From contig CAWDXG010000004.1 in assembly GCA_963806225.1 (NCBI GenBank), forward strand, positions 4,704,001 to 4,768,000: 64,000 bases of DNA, in the 5' to 3' direction. How positions within the stretch are numbered: the first letter of the stretch is position 1; each line of letters starts with the position of its first letter. This document shows, piece by piece, positions 8,836 through 18,866 of this stretch. The DNA is from an uncultured delta proteobacterium (GTDB lineage Bacteria; Myxococcota_A; Polyangia; Polyangiales; Polyangiaceae). The translations under genes were made by a program, and so were the position numbers. The notes beneath the pieces were generated by a model. That model saw only the letters and a program-made list of their open reading frames with translations, was not told the DNA's origin and searched no databases.

Positions 8836-9636
8836 GTGAGCGATGTCTGGATCGAGGCGCGGGGAGTGGACGCGGGATACCGCGACCGCCCGGTGCTCCA
8901 TGACGTGACGCTCGAGGCGCGCCGGGGCGAGCTGGTCGCCGTCGTGGGCGCCAACGGCGCCGGCAAGTCGACATTGGTGCGCGTGCTGGCGGGCACGCTC
9001 GCAGCCGAACGCGGCGAGGTGCGGCTCGGCGGAGCGCCGCTCTCGAAGCTTTCACGCCGCCAGATCGCGAAGAAGCTCGCCGTGGTTCCACAGGACAGCG
9101 ATGTCGCGTTCGGCTTCAGCGTGCGCGAGGTGGTGCTGATGGGCCGCGCGCCGCACCAAAGCGGGCTGCTCATCGCCGGCGAAGCCGATCGCGCTGCGGT
9201 CGACCGCGCGCTCGCCGACTGCGAGCTCGACGATCTCGCCGATCGCCCCGTCGCCGAGCTTTCCGGCGGCGAGCGCCGCCGCGTGGTCATCGCCCGCGCG
9301 CTGGCGCAACAGCCCGAAGCGCTGCTGCTCGACGAGCCCGCCGCGCACCTCGACATCCGCCACGCGGTGGTGCTGTACGACATGGCGCGCCGCGAAGCCG
9401 CCGAGCGAGGCGTGGCGTGCATCGCCGTCATGCACGATCTCAACGCTGCCGCGCGCTGGGGCGACCGCGCCGTGCTGCTCAAGGACGGCCGCGTACACGC
9501 GCAGGGGCGCGTCGACGAGGTGCTCGTTCCCGATCTGCTCGAACAGGTGTTCGGCATCGCGCTGCGCGTCGGCACCGATCCCGAGGACGGCGCGCGCTAC
9601 TTCCTGCCGCCGCGCTCGACTGCAGCCGCGGAATAG
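8836..9636 (+). CDS. ABC ATPase, Fe-siderophore/heme/cobalamin import family
   Basis: GANGAGKST, VVLMGRAPH, LSGGERRRV, LLLDEPAAHLD, VMHDLN. Confidence 0.92.
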   Translation: MSDVWIEARGVDAGYRDRPVLHDVTLEARRGELVAVVGANGAGKSTLVRVLAGTLAAERGEVRLGGAPLSKLSRRQIAKKLAVVPQDSDVAFGFSVREVVLMGRAPHQSGLLIAGEADRAAVDRALADCELDDLADRPVAELSGGERRRVVIARALAQQPEALLLDEPAAHLDIRHAVVLYDMARREAAERGVACIAVMHDLNAAARWGDRAVLLKDGRVHAQGRVDEVLVPDLLEQVFGIALRVGTDPEDGARYFLPPRSTAAAE

Positions 9637-9753
9637 AGCTGCCAGGTCGTGCCAGGCTGTGCCAGCCGCTGGCGCAGCGGCGCCGCGGTGAGCTGCAGCA
9701 ACCCGGCAAACTGCTCGTTTCCGCGTTGGCACGACTGCTGCTCTCCCCTTGCC

Positions 9754-11682
9754 ATGCGTCGGCGTCATCTCGTGGGTTTCGCGTTCTTCCTTGTGGGTGC
9801 ATGCAGCAGCGCGCAGCGCGGGCAGCTGCCGGCTGCGGGTGGCTTCAGCGGCGGTACGCAGCCGCTCGCGCTGCTGCCCGCCCCCGGCGGGCTGTGCGGG
9901 GGCGACGGCACGCACAAGGACTGCGCCAATCCGGCGGGGTGCGCGGGCAGCGGCGCCAGCTCGAGTGGCGGCGGGCTGAACTCCGGTTCCGCAGGGGCCG
10001 CAGGCGCGGGATACGGGAGCGGATACGGGGGCAGCGGTGCGGGCAGCTATGGCGGTGGCAGCAGCTATGACGCCGGGAGCAGCTACGGCGGTAGCGGTGC
10101 CGGGAGCTGGGGCGGTTCGGCTGGCGCCGCCGGCGCCGGCGCCGCTCCGGCGTACGACGCCGGCCCGGTCGTGGACGCAGGCGGATGCAAGCTGGACCCG
10201 GAGGCGGGCATCACCAGCTGCGACGGCGGCACAGAGGCGGGCGCCGCAGGCAGCGCCACCGAGGGCGGCGCTGCGCCGCCTCCGGCCAGCACCAGCAACG
10301 CGACGTCCTCCACGCCGCCCCGCTCCACGCAGGCCTCGGCCTGCCAGAGCCTGGACTCGTCGAAGCCGTACACGCTGTATGAATCCGCGGACGACTCGAA
10401 CTCCACCGCCTCGCCCGTCATCGCGCGCGCACTGATCCGCGCGGGACGGCACGTGCCGCCGGATATCGTGCGGCCGTGGGAGTTCCTGAACTACTACACG
10501 TTCAACTTCGAGCCCGCCCAGCCGGGCCAGGTGCGGATCATTCCGCAGCTGTCGTCGTGTCCGGTCAACGGCCAGCTGTCGCTCCAGGTGGCGCTGCAGT
10601 CCGAACATCGATCGCCCGCCCAGCGCGCGCCGCTGAACATCACCTTCGTGCTCGACACCTCCGGCTCGATGGGGGGCGGCAACCAGACCGGTCAGCAGCC
10701 GATCGAGCTCGAACGCGACGCGGTGCTCGCCATCGCCGGGCAGCTGCGCACGAACGACGTGGTCTCGATGGTGACGTGGAGCACCACGCAGAACAACATC
10801 CTCGTCGGACACAAGGTCACCGGTCCTGACGACCCCGCCATCGTCTCGGCGGCCCAGGGGCTCACCGCCGGCGGCGGGACCGACCTGCACGCCGGCCTGG
10901 TGCGCGGCTACGAGCTCGCGAAGCAGAGCTACGCTGCCAATCGCATCAATCGCGTCGTGCTGATCAGTGATGGCATTGCCAACGTCGGCGTGACCGACGC
11001 AGATCTGATCGGCAAGTACGCCGACGACGAGGAGGGCCAGGCGGGCATCTATCTGGCGGGCATCGGTGTGGGGCAAGGCGTGAACGACACGCTGATGAAC
11101 AAGGTCACCGACGTCGGCCGCGGCGCGTACGTCTACCTCGACAGTGCTGCCGAGGCGCAGAAGATGCTCGGGCGTCGCTTCCTGTCGGTCATCGACCTGG
11201 CGGCGCGGTCCGTGCGTCTCGAGGTGACGCTCCCCTGGTATCTCGGCGTGGCGAAGTTCTACGGCGAGCAGATGTCGAAAAACCCCGCCAAGGTCCGGCC
11301 GCAGCACCTCGGCCCGAACGACGCGATGCTGTTCTTCCAGGTGCTCAAGGCCTGCGATCCGTCCCTGCTCCACGGCGACGACCACATCCGCCTGCGAGCT
11401 ACGTGGCAGGTCCCCTTCACCCGCGAAAAGCGCGACGCGGTGATCTACACGACGCTCAACGCTCTCGCGGGCGACGACGCCAACCTCACGAAAGCGGCAG
11501 CGATCACCGGCTACGCCGAAGCCGTCGGTCTGGCTGGGCAGGCGCCGGACCCGGCGAGCTCTATCAAGCTCCTGAAGAACGCCCTGGACAACGTGAAAGC
11601 CGCCAAGAACGCGACGACGGATCCAGACCTGTTGGAGATCGCGGGACTGCTCCAGAGTTACATCAAGGTCTTCGGCGGCTAG
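9754..11682 (+). CDS. vWA-domain lipoprotein (YfbK-like) with Gly/Ser/Tyr-rich linker
   Basis: MRRRHLVGFAFFLVGAC; VRPWEFLNYY; MIDAS motif DTSGS; GGTDL; LISDGIANVG. Confidence 0.88.
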   Translation: MRRRHLVGFAFFLVGACSSAQRGQLPAAGGFSGGTQPLALLPAPGGLCGGDGTHKDCANPAGCAGSGASSSGGGLNSGSAGAAGAGYGSGYGGSGAGSYGGGSSYDAGSSYGGSGAGSWGGSAGAAGAGAAPAYDAGPVVDAGGCKLDPEAGITSCDGGTEAGAAGSATEGGAAPPPASTSNATSSTPPRSTQASACQSLDSSKPYTLYESADDSNSTASPVIARALIRAGRHVPPDIVRPWEFLNYYTFNFEPAQPGQVRIIPQLSSCPVNGQLSLQVALQSEHRSPAQRAPLNITFVLDTSGSMGGGNQTGQQPIELERDAVLAIAGQLRTNDVVSMVTWSTTQNNILVGHKVTGPDDPAIVSAAQGLTAGGGTDLHAGLVRGYELAKQSYAANRINRVVLISDGIANVGVTDADLIGKYADDEEGQAGIYLAGIGVGQGVNDTLMNKVTDVGRGAYVYLDSAAEAQKMLGRRFLSVIDLAARSVRLEVTLPWYLGVAKFYGEQMSKNPAKVRPQHLGPNDAMLFFQVLKACDPSLLHGDDHIRLRATWQVPFTREKRDAVIYTTLNALAGDDANLTKAAAITGYAEAVGLAGQAPDPASSIKLLKNALDNVKAAKNATTDPDLLEIAGLLQSYIKVFGG

Positions 11683-12166
11683 CTGCAGGGGCCGGATAGG
11701 GCGCGCCCCGGCTTCCACCCGTGGGCTCGAGAGCGGACCATGGGTGCCTCCTCGCGTCTGGTGGGCTGGGTTCGCGTCTTCTGCTGTGGGGCCCGGATGG
11801 GCGCCGCCGATATCTCCGTCCAGGCACTCCCTCTGCGGGTGGCGCACCCAACCAGGTACCAGAGCAGGCGCACCCCCTCCGTCCCCGCAGCCCAGGTGCT
11901 AACTGCGTCAAAATGCTACAAATATGTGGCAAAATGGCACGGTCTAGGGCCGCGTGGGGCCCCCGGCTGGGCGGCAGCCCGGCCTTGGGGGCCCGCGGCG
12001 CGCGCAGCCCGGCGGGCGAGCACGCCGCGCCGTGGAAGTGCGGCGGCGCGCGGAGCGCGGCGCTATCTGGGGGGCAGCCCTTCACCCAGCGGCGTGGGGG
12101 GCGGGGACAGAAGCACAAGGGCTGTCGGGAAGCGGCGCAAGACGGGCAGCGCGGCGCGACGGCATG

Positions 12167-13516
12167 CCCGCGCGACGGGCATTTTTGGAGGCAAGCCCGA
12201 GCTTGGAGGGTGAAATGCCCGTGCGACGGGCATTTTGATGCGCAAGCTCCCGTGCGACGGGCATTTGGCGGGGCAAGCTCGAGCTTGGAGGGTGAAATGC
12301 CCGCGCGACGGGCATTTTTGGAGGCAAGCCCGAGCTTGGAGGGCGAAATGCCCGCGCGACGGGCATTTGGGGTGGCAAGCTCCCGTGCGACGGGCATTTG
12401 GCGGGGCAAGCCCGAGCTTGGAGGGCGAAATGCCCGTGCGACGGGCATTTTTGGAGGCAAGCCCGAGCTTGGAGGGCGAAATGCCCGCGCGACGGGCATT
12501 TGGGGTGGCAAGCTCCCGTGCGACGGGCATTTGGCGGGGCAAGCCCGAGCTTGGAGGGTGAAATGCCCGTGCGACGGGCATTTTTGGAGGCAAGCCCGAG
12601 CTTGGAGGGCGAAATGCCCGCGCGACGGGCATTTTTGGAGGCAAGCCCGAGCTTGGAGGGCGAAATGCCCGCGCGACGGGCATTTTGATGCGCAAGCTCC
12701 CGTGCGACGGGCATTTGGCGGGGCAAGCCCGAGCTTGGAGGGTGAAATGCCCGTGCGACGGGCATTTTTGGAGGCAAGCCCGAGCTTGGAGGGCGAAATG
12801 CCCGCGCGACGGGCATTTTTGGAGGCAAGCCCGAGCTTGGAGGGCGAAATGCCCACGCGACGGGCATTTTGATGCGCAAGCTCCCGTGCGACGGGCATTT
12901 GGCGGGGCAAGCTCGAACTTGGAGGGTGAAATGCCCGTGCGACGGGCATTTTTGGAGGCAAGCCCGAGCTTGGAGGGCGAAATGCCCGCGCGACGGGCAT
13001 TTTGATGCGCAAGCTCCCGTGCGACGGGCATTTGGCGGGGCAAGCTCGAACTTGGAGGGTGAAATGCCCGCGCGACGGGCATTTTTGGAGGCAAGCCCGA
13101 GCTTGGAGGGCGAAATGCCCACGCGACGGGCATTTTGATGCGCAAGCTCCCGTGCGACGGGCATTTGGCGGGGCAAGCTCGAACTTGGAGGGTGAAATGC
13201 CCGTGCGACGGGCATTTGGCGGGGCAAGCTCGAACTTGGAGGGTGAAATGCCCGCGCGACGGGCATTTTTGGAGGCAAGCCCGAGCTTGGAGGGCGAAAT
13301 GCCCGTGCGACGGGCATTTTGATGCGCAAGCTCCCGTGCGACGGGCATTTTTGGAGGCAAGCCCGAGCTTGGAGGGCGAAATGCCCGCGCGACGGGCATT
13401 TTTGGAGGCAAGCCCGAGCTTGGAGGGCGAAATGCCCGCGCGACGGGCATTTGGGGTGGCAAGCTCCCGTGCGACGGGCATTTGGCGGGGCAAGCTCGAA
13501 CTTGGAGGGCGAAATG
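12167..13516 (+). repeat. Composite tandem array of 30 units (21 x 51 bp, 9 x 31 bp), non-coding
   Basis: Unit CCCGYGCGACGGGCATTT-N6-GCAAGC plus either a 21-nt tail or a single T; parsed unit by unit, lengths sum to 1350 bp. Confidence 0.97.
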
Positions 13517-13562
13517 CCCGCGAGAGGCGCTTCTCGTGCTCTGGAGTTCACATAATCCATTC

Positions 13563-14247
13563 TCGCGCCGCGCTGCCCGTCGCGCCGCGCTGCCCGTCGC
13601 GCCGCCCTGCCCGTCGCGCCGCCCTGCCCGTCGCGCCGCGCTGCCCGTCGCGCCGCCCTGCCCGTCGCGCCGCCCTGCCCGTCGCGCCGCCCTGCCCGTC
13701 GCGCCGCGCCTGCCCGTCGCGCCGCCCTGCCCGTCGCGCCGCCCTGCCCGTCGCGCCGCCCTGCCCGTCGCGCCGCCCTGCCCGTCGCGCCGCGCTGCCC
13801 GTCGCGCCGCCCTGCCCGTCGCGCCGCCCTGCCCGTCGCGCCGCCGCTGCCCGTCGCGCCGCCCTGCCCGTCGCGCCGCCCTGCCCGTCGCGCCGCGCTG
13901 CCCGTCGCGCCGCCCTGCCCGTCGCGCCGCCCTGCCCGTCGCGTCGCGCCGCGCTGCCCGTCGCGTCGCGCCGCGCTGCCCGTCGCGCCGCCCTGCCCGT
14001 CGCGCCGCCCTGCCCGTCGCGCCGCCCTGCCCGTCGCGCCGCCCTGCCCGTCGCGCCGCCCTGCCCGTCGCGCCGCGCTGCCCGTCGCGCCGCCCTGCCC
14101 GTCGCGCCGCGCTGCCCGTCGCGCCGCCCTGCCCGTCGCGCCGCCCTGCCCGTCGCGCCGCCCTGCCCGTCGCGCCGCCCTGCCCGTCGCGCCGCCCTGC
14201 CCGTCGCGCCGCCCTGCCCGTCGCGCCGCGCTGCCCGTCGCGCCGCG
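13563..14247 (+). repeat. 17-bp tandem repeat CGCCGC(C/G)CTGCCCGTCG, 39 copies
   Basis: CTGCCCGTCG counted 39 times at 17-bp period, with two 18-bp and two 22-bp units. Confidence 0.97.
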
Positions 14248-14341
14248 GCCGCAGACACGTTCGCGGGGGCGCGGTCAACAATTGGGCAGAAATTGCCGCG
14301 ATTTCGTCCAGTTCCGGGTGTGCGCGGTAGACGCAAAGGTG

Positions 14342-16267
14342 ATGCGCGCGTGGGCGTTGCTGATCGTGATGGCGTTGCTGGGCGCGGTGGTGGGCTGCCG
14401 CGCGCCGGAGTCGCCGCCTAACCTGTTGAACGTGCTCGACGTCGCGCCGCGCGACGTGGACGTGGGCGACCGGCTCGAGGTGATCGGCACCGGCTTCCCC
14501 GAGGGCAAGCCGGCCACGCTCGGGTTCCACGGCACGCTGTACCGTCCGGGGGACAAGCCGCGCGACATCGATCTCGAAGTGCCCGCGCAGGCCACGAGCC
14601 CGAACCGCATCTCGGTGGTGCTGGACGAAGCGCTGCAGGCGGAGCTCTGCGGCAAGGGCGACGACGCGAAGCACACGACGTTCCGCGGGGAGGTGGTCGC
14701 GGCATTCGCGCCGCGCAACGCGGGCGCTCCGCCCGTCACCGGCACGGTGCACGAGGTGGTGCTCGACGTGTCGTCGCCGACGCTGGACGAGAGCGTCGTC
14801 AAGGAGCGCGAGGCCGAGGGACACAGTGCCCTGTCGTTCCTCGGCCTGCACGCGAAAGCCAACGCGGAAACGAGCGCGCTCACGATCAAGGGCGTCGACA
14901 AGAAGGGGCGCGGGGCGCGCGCCGGCCTGCAACCTGGCGATGTGCTGCTCGACTTCGATGGCGTGAGCGTGCGTTCGGCCAGCGACGTGATCCCGTCGGG
15001 CGCGACGCGCTTCGCGACCATCTCGGTGCAGCGTGGGCGGCTCCGCGAGCCGGTGGTGCGCCGCATCGACGTGCAGGGCTTCCAGCACGCTGCCCCGTCG
15101 GATCTGGCCGTCTCGGCCGTGTTGATCGGCCTCGCGGTGTCGATCCTGCTCCTGTTCATGGGACCGCTGTCGCGGCTTCTGACGTGGACCGAGCGACGCG
15201 TGGCCCAGCGGCTCAAGGCGAGCGCGAAGGGCAAGCGCCACGGTGCGCGCGGTTTCTTCGGGTGGGTGTTGTCCGGCCTGTCGGGCATGCTGGGGGACGA
15301 CCTCTTGCCATCGATGGTCGACCGCCCGGTGCTGCGCCTGGTGCCGTACCTGATCTTCCTGGGGGCGAGCGCTGCATTCACGATGATCGCGTTCGGGCAC
15401 GCGCTGGTAGCGCCCGATCTCGACCTGGCCATCGTGGTGCTGTCGTCGCTGACCGCGCTCGCGACGATCGGACTGATGCTGGGCGGTTGGCGCTCCGGTC
15501 GCGGCTGGTCGCTCGTGTCCGGCGTGAAAGCGGCGCTGTCCATCCTGAGCTACCAGCTGCCGGCGCTGGCCGCGATCGCGTGCGTGGTGATGACGGCGGG
15601 CAGCACGCGGCTGTCGGACATCGTCGAGGCGCAGGGCGCCGCGCCGTGGCACTGGTTCGTGTTTGCGAGCCCGGTCCTGTTGCTGTGCTTCATGCTGTTG
15701 ATGGTGACGGCGCTACCCGAGGCGAACCGCGCTCTCCTGGAGCTGCCGGAGGCGGATTCCGCGGGTGCCGGCAGCGCGGAGCCGTGCGCGCGGGCGACGC
15801 ATCCCGCGACGCGCTGCCTGATGTTCCTGGCGGAGTGGGGCCACGTGTTCCTGCTGAGCGGCGTGGCTGCGACGTTGTTCCTGGGCGGCTGGAGCCTGCC
15901 GTTCGTCCCGCCGCTTTCCCAGCAGAGCAGCGTGGGCTACCAGGCGCTCGGCGCGCTGCTGCTGCAGCTGAAGTGCTGGGCGCTGGTGCTGTTCGTGTTG
16001 TGGATCCGCTGGGCGCTGCCCAGGCTTTCCGTGGAGCAGATGCTGGGCGTGTGCTGGCGCGTACTGGTGCCGCTGTCGGTGCTGGCGATCGTGCTCTCCG
16101 GAGCGTGGCTGGCCGGGCTCGCGAGCCCGGTTCTCAGGTCCGTGCAGGGGGGCGTGCGCTACGTGCTCTTCGCGCTGTCGGTGTTCGTGGTCGGCTACTT
16201 CACGCTGCGCGTGCTCACCAGCCTGCGGACGACGAGCGGGCAGATGAACGTGAATCCCTGGCTGTGA
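14342..16267 (+). CDS. NuoH/ND1-like membrane protein fused to an N-terminal lipoprotein region (IPT/TIG-like and PDZ-like)
   Basis: Signal ...GAVVGC; VGDRLEVIGTGF; AGLQPGDVLLDFDG; then TWTERRV, LSYQLP, EANRALLELPEA, FLAEW, LFLGGW, WIRWALPRL. Confidence 0.85.
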   Translation: MRAWALLIVMALLGAVVGCRAPESPPNLLNVLDVAPRDVDVGDRLEVIGTGFPEGKPATLGFHGTLYRPGDKPRDIDLEVPAQATSPNRISVVLDEALQAELCGKGDDAKHTTFRGEVVAAFAPRNAGAPPVTGTVHEVVLDVSSPTLDESVVKEREAEGHSALSFLGLHAKANAETSALTIKGVDKKGRGARAGLQPGDVLLDFDGVSVRSASDVIPSGATRFATISVQRGRLREPVVRRIDVQGFQHAAPSDLAVSAVLIGLAVSILLLFMGPLSRLLTWTERRVAQRLKASAKGKRHGARGFFGWVLSGLSGMLGDDLLPSMVDRPVLRLVPYLIFLGASAAFTMIAFGHALVAPDLDLAIVVLSSLTALATIGLMLGGWRSGRGWSLVSGVKAALSILSYQLPALAAIACVVMTAGSTRLSDIVEAQGAAPWHWFVFASPVLLLCFMLLMVTALPEANRALLELPEADSAGAGSAEPCARATHPATRCLMFLAEWGHVFLLSGVAATLFLGGWSLPFVPPLSQQSSVGYQALGALLLQLKCWALVLFVLWIRWALPRLSVEQMLGVCWRVLVPLSVLAIVLSGAWLAGLASPVLRSVQGGVRYVLFALSVFVVGYFTLRVLTSLRTTSGQMNVNPWL

Positions 16268-16450
16268 CGCAGCTTGAAGTGTTGGCGGTCCGGCGCTAAC
16301 CCGTCTGCACCCCACTCTCCCCACCCCTCCGGAATCCTCCGCCGGGGCTCACCGCCCCGGGTTCCCCGACGTGACTTGCTTCGCCCATCGCGGGCTGGCT
16401 GTGGCTCGGCGGCTCTTCCAAAGGCTTCTTTTTCACCACGGGTCGCTTGC

Positions 16451-18866
16451 ATGACCGAGTTTTCCGGTTCGCTCCAGGCCATCGAGCTCTCCGCGTCGCT
16501 CTGGCTGATCCCGCTTCTGCCACTACTGGTGGCGGCGCTCTCGGCTCTGAAGCGCGCGGCGCCCGACGAGGACGAGCCCCAGCCGCTGTCGGCCCACTGG
16601 CACCTCGAGGCGGCGCTGGGCGCGCTAGCGCTTCTGGGCTTCGAGCTCTTCGAGCTCCTGACGTTGCCGGTCCACCGCCGCTTTCTGCTGGACACGCTGG
16701 GCTCGGTGCTGCGCATCGGATCGCTCGAGGTGGATCTGTCGCTATCGCTCGATCCGCTCTCGGCCGTGGCGGGACTACTGGTGGCCGTGTGCGGGGCGGT
16801 CGCCATCGCGCACATCTCGCTGCCCCACAAGAAGGAGACGGAGCCGGCGACAGCGCGGCGTCTCGAGGCGCTGTCGCTCGGGCTCGGATCGATGCTGCTC
16901 CTGGTGCTCGCGTCCAACCTGGCGATGCTGCTGGTTGGCTGGGGTGCTGCGTCGCTGGCCGGCTATCTGCTTCTGTCCGGGCGTGGCGGTGTGGCGTTCG
17001 CGCTGGGGCGCTTCGCCGACCTGGCGCTGCTGGCTGGTGCGGCGCTCCTGTTCTGGACGCTGGGTGGCGCCTGGAGCCGCTCGGGCGAGTACATGCCGGA
17101 CTTCCGCGCGCGGGTCGTCGCGGTGGAGGGCAAGCTCGCCCCGCTCACCGATCAGCAGCTGGAAAAGCCCAGCGAGAAGCAGCAGCGCGAGGCGCCGCGC
17201 ATCGAGGCGAGCGGCAAGCTCAGCTTCAACGCGCTGCCCGGCGCCACGGTGCGCATCGGCGGCGCGACGCTCTGCGAGATCGGCGATGACGGCCAGCGCG
17301 GCGGGCTGGGCGTGCCGTCCAGGCCGTGTCGCGTCGCGGCGCACTCGCCGTTCGAGCGCGTGCCGGTGCCCCTGGCGGTCCAGGATTTCCACATCGACCT
17401 GGGAGCCGGGGCCAACCCGCTGCGGGTCGAGAAGGTACGCGTCCAGCCGGATGCGCAGATCCAGTTGGCGGTGGCGGGCTCGACGCTGGACTTCCGCGAG
17501 ATGCGCGACCAGCTCGCGATGCGTGACAAGGCGGGCGACTACGCTTTGCAAACGAGCTCTTCTGGACAAGAAGCTCTGGGGTCTGCCCGCGCTCACTCTG
17601 GCGCTTCTCTTGATCGTGCTGGCCGCGCTGGCGAAGAGCGCGCAGTGGCCGCTGGGCGGTGGCTCGCGCGAGCGGGATGCCGCGCTCCTGACGGGCGGAG
17701 GAGGTCTGGTTGCCGGCGCGTATCTGGTGGCGCGCTTTCGGTTCTATCTGCCGCTCGCGCCGACGGCGGGCGGGCTGCTCGCGCTGTTCGGCTCGATCAC
17801 GGCGCTCCTGGTCGGGCTCTTCGTGCTCCTGTCGCGAGACCCGCGGCGCATCGCGCTGGGCTTTGCGGTCGGACAGGTCGGTCTTGCTCTGATCGGAATT
17901 GGATCGGGCGCACTGGCGGCGGGCGTGCTGGAGCTCCTCGTGGTGGTGCCGGCGGCAGTGGTCCTGCTGCGCGCGGCGGAAGATGTGGAGCACGCGCTGG
18001 GGACAGCGCCGGATCTGGCGAGGCTGGGCGGGCTGGGGACGGCGCTGCCGCGGACGGCGCGCGCCTGGTTCATCGCGTCGCTCGCTGCCACCGCCGCGCC
18101 CTATCCGGCTCTGGGCGCCTTCTGGTCGCGGGAATCGCTGTTCTGGGGCGCGTTTACCGGTGGCAACACGGGTCCGGTCCCCGGCGCGGTGCTGGTCGTG
18201 TTCGGTGTGCTCGGCGGCACGGCCCTGTGCTTTGCGGTGTGGCGCGCGTACTTCCTGCTGTTCACGGGCAAGAGCGCCGGCAAGAAGCGCCCGCGCGTGA
18301 AGATCCCGCCGCCGGAGATCCGCACGCGGATTCTGCTCGGGCTCGCGTGGCTGTCGCTGCTCGTGGGGCTCCTGGGGGCGTCGGACAGCGTGCTCGACAG
18401 CGCGCAGCCGGCGTTCCCTGCGCTGATGGCGACCTGGCTCGCCCCGCTGATCAGAGCGGGGAATCTCTCGTTCGCGCCGCTCGGCACGGGAATGCGGCTC
18501 GGGCTGCTGTTGGTCGGGTTCGGGGTGCCGCTCTTGGCGTGGTCGGCGGCGCGCCGCCGCTACGGACCGGGGCGCGAGAAGAACTGGCTGGAGGCCGAGC
18601 GCGGGATGAAGCTGTTTGCTTGGCTGGAGCGCGGCGATCCCGTGCCGCGGCTGACAGCGCCGGTGGGTCGCGGTGTGATCGCGCTCGGGGCGGCGCTGGG
18701 GCGGCTCGATGACGTGCTGGCGTTCGGAGGCGGGAGCGAGAGCGCGGACGACGACGAGAAGAGCGAGAGCGGGAGCGGCGACGCGGACGACGACGACGCG
18801 GACAATGACGACCCGGACGACGACGACCCGGACGACGACGACGAGAGCAAGGAGGGCGCGAAGTGA
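16451..18866 (+). CDS. NuoL/ND5/MrpA-like subunit with a large soluble insertion and acidic tail (frameshift near 17550)
   Basis: LWLIPLLPL, LDPLS, MLLLVLASNL, GRFADL in one frame; AKSAQWPL, AGAYLVAR, LGGLG, FWSRES in the next; joined by removing one base in CAAA. Confidence 0.8.

Noticed and set aside
11890..11950. Sigma-54 promoter at TGGCAC
   Set aside because: No TTGC at the -12 position; only an AT-rich patch with an imperfect palindrome
12167..13516. CRISPR array
   Set aside because: Variable parts are only four recurring 6-mers rather than unique spacers, and no cas genes are in the window
11663..15652. 1329-aa and other long ORFs across the arrays
   Set aside because: Low-complexity translations of stop-poor repeats in several frames; 31- and 17-bp units break codon phase; the remainder is antisense to the nuoH-like gene
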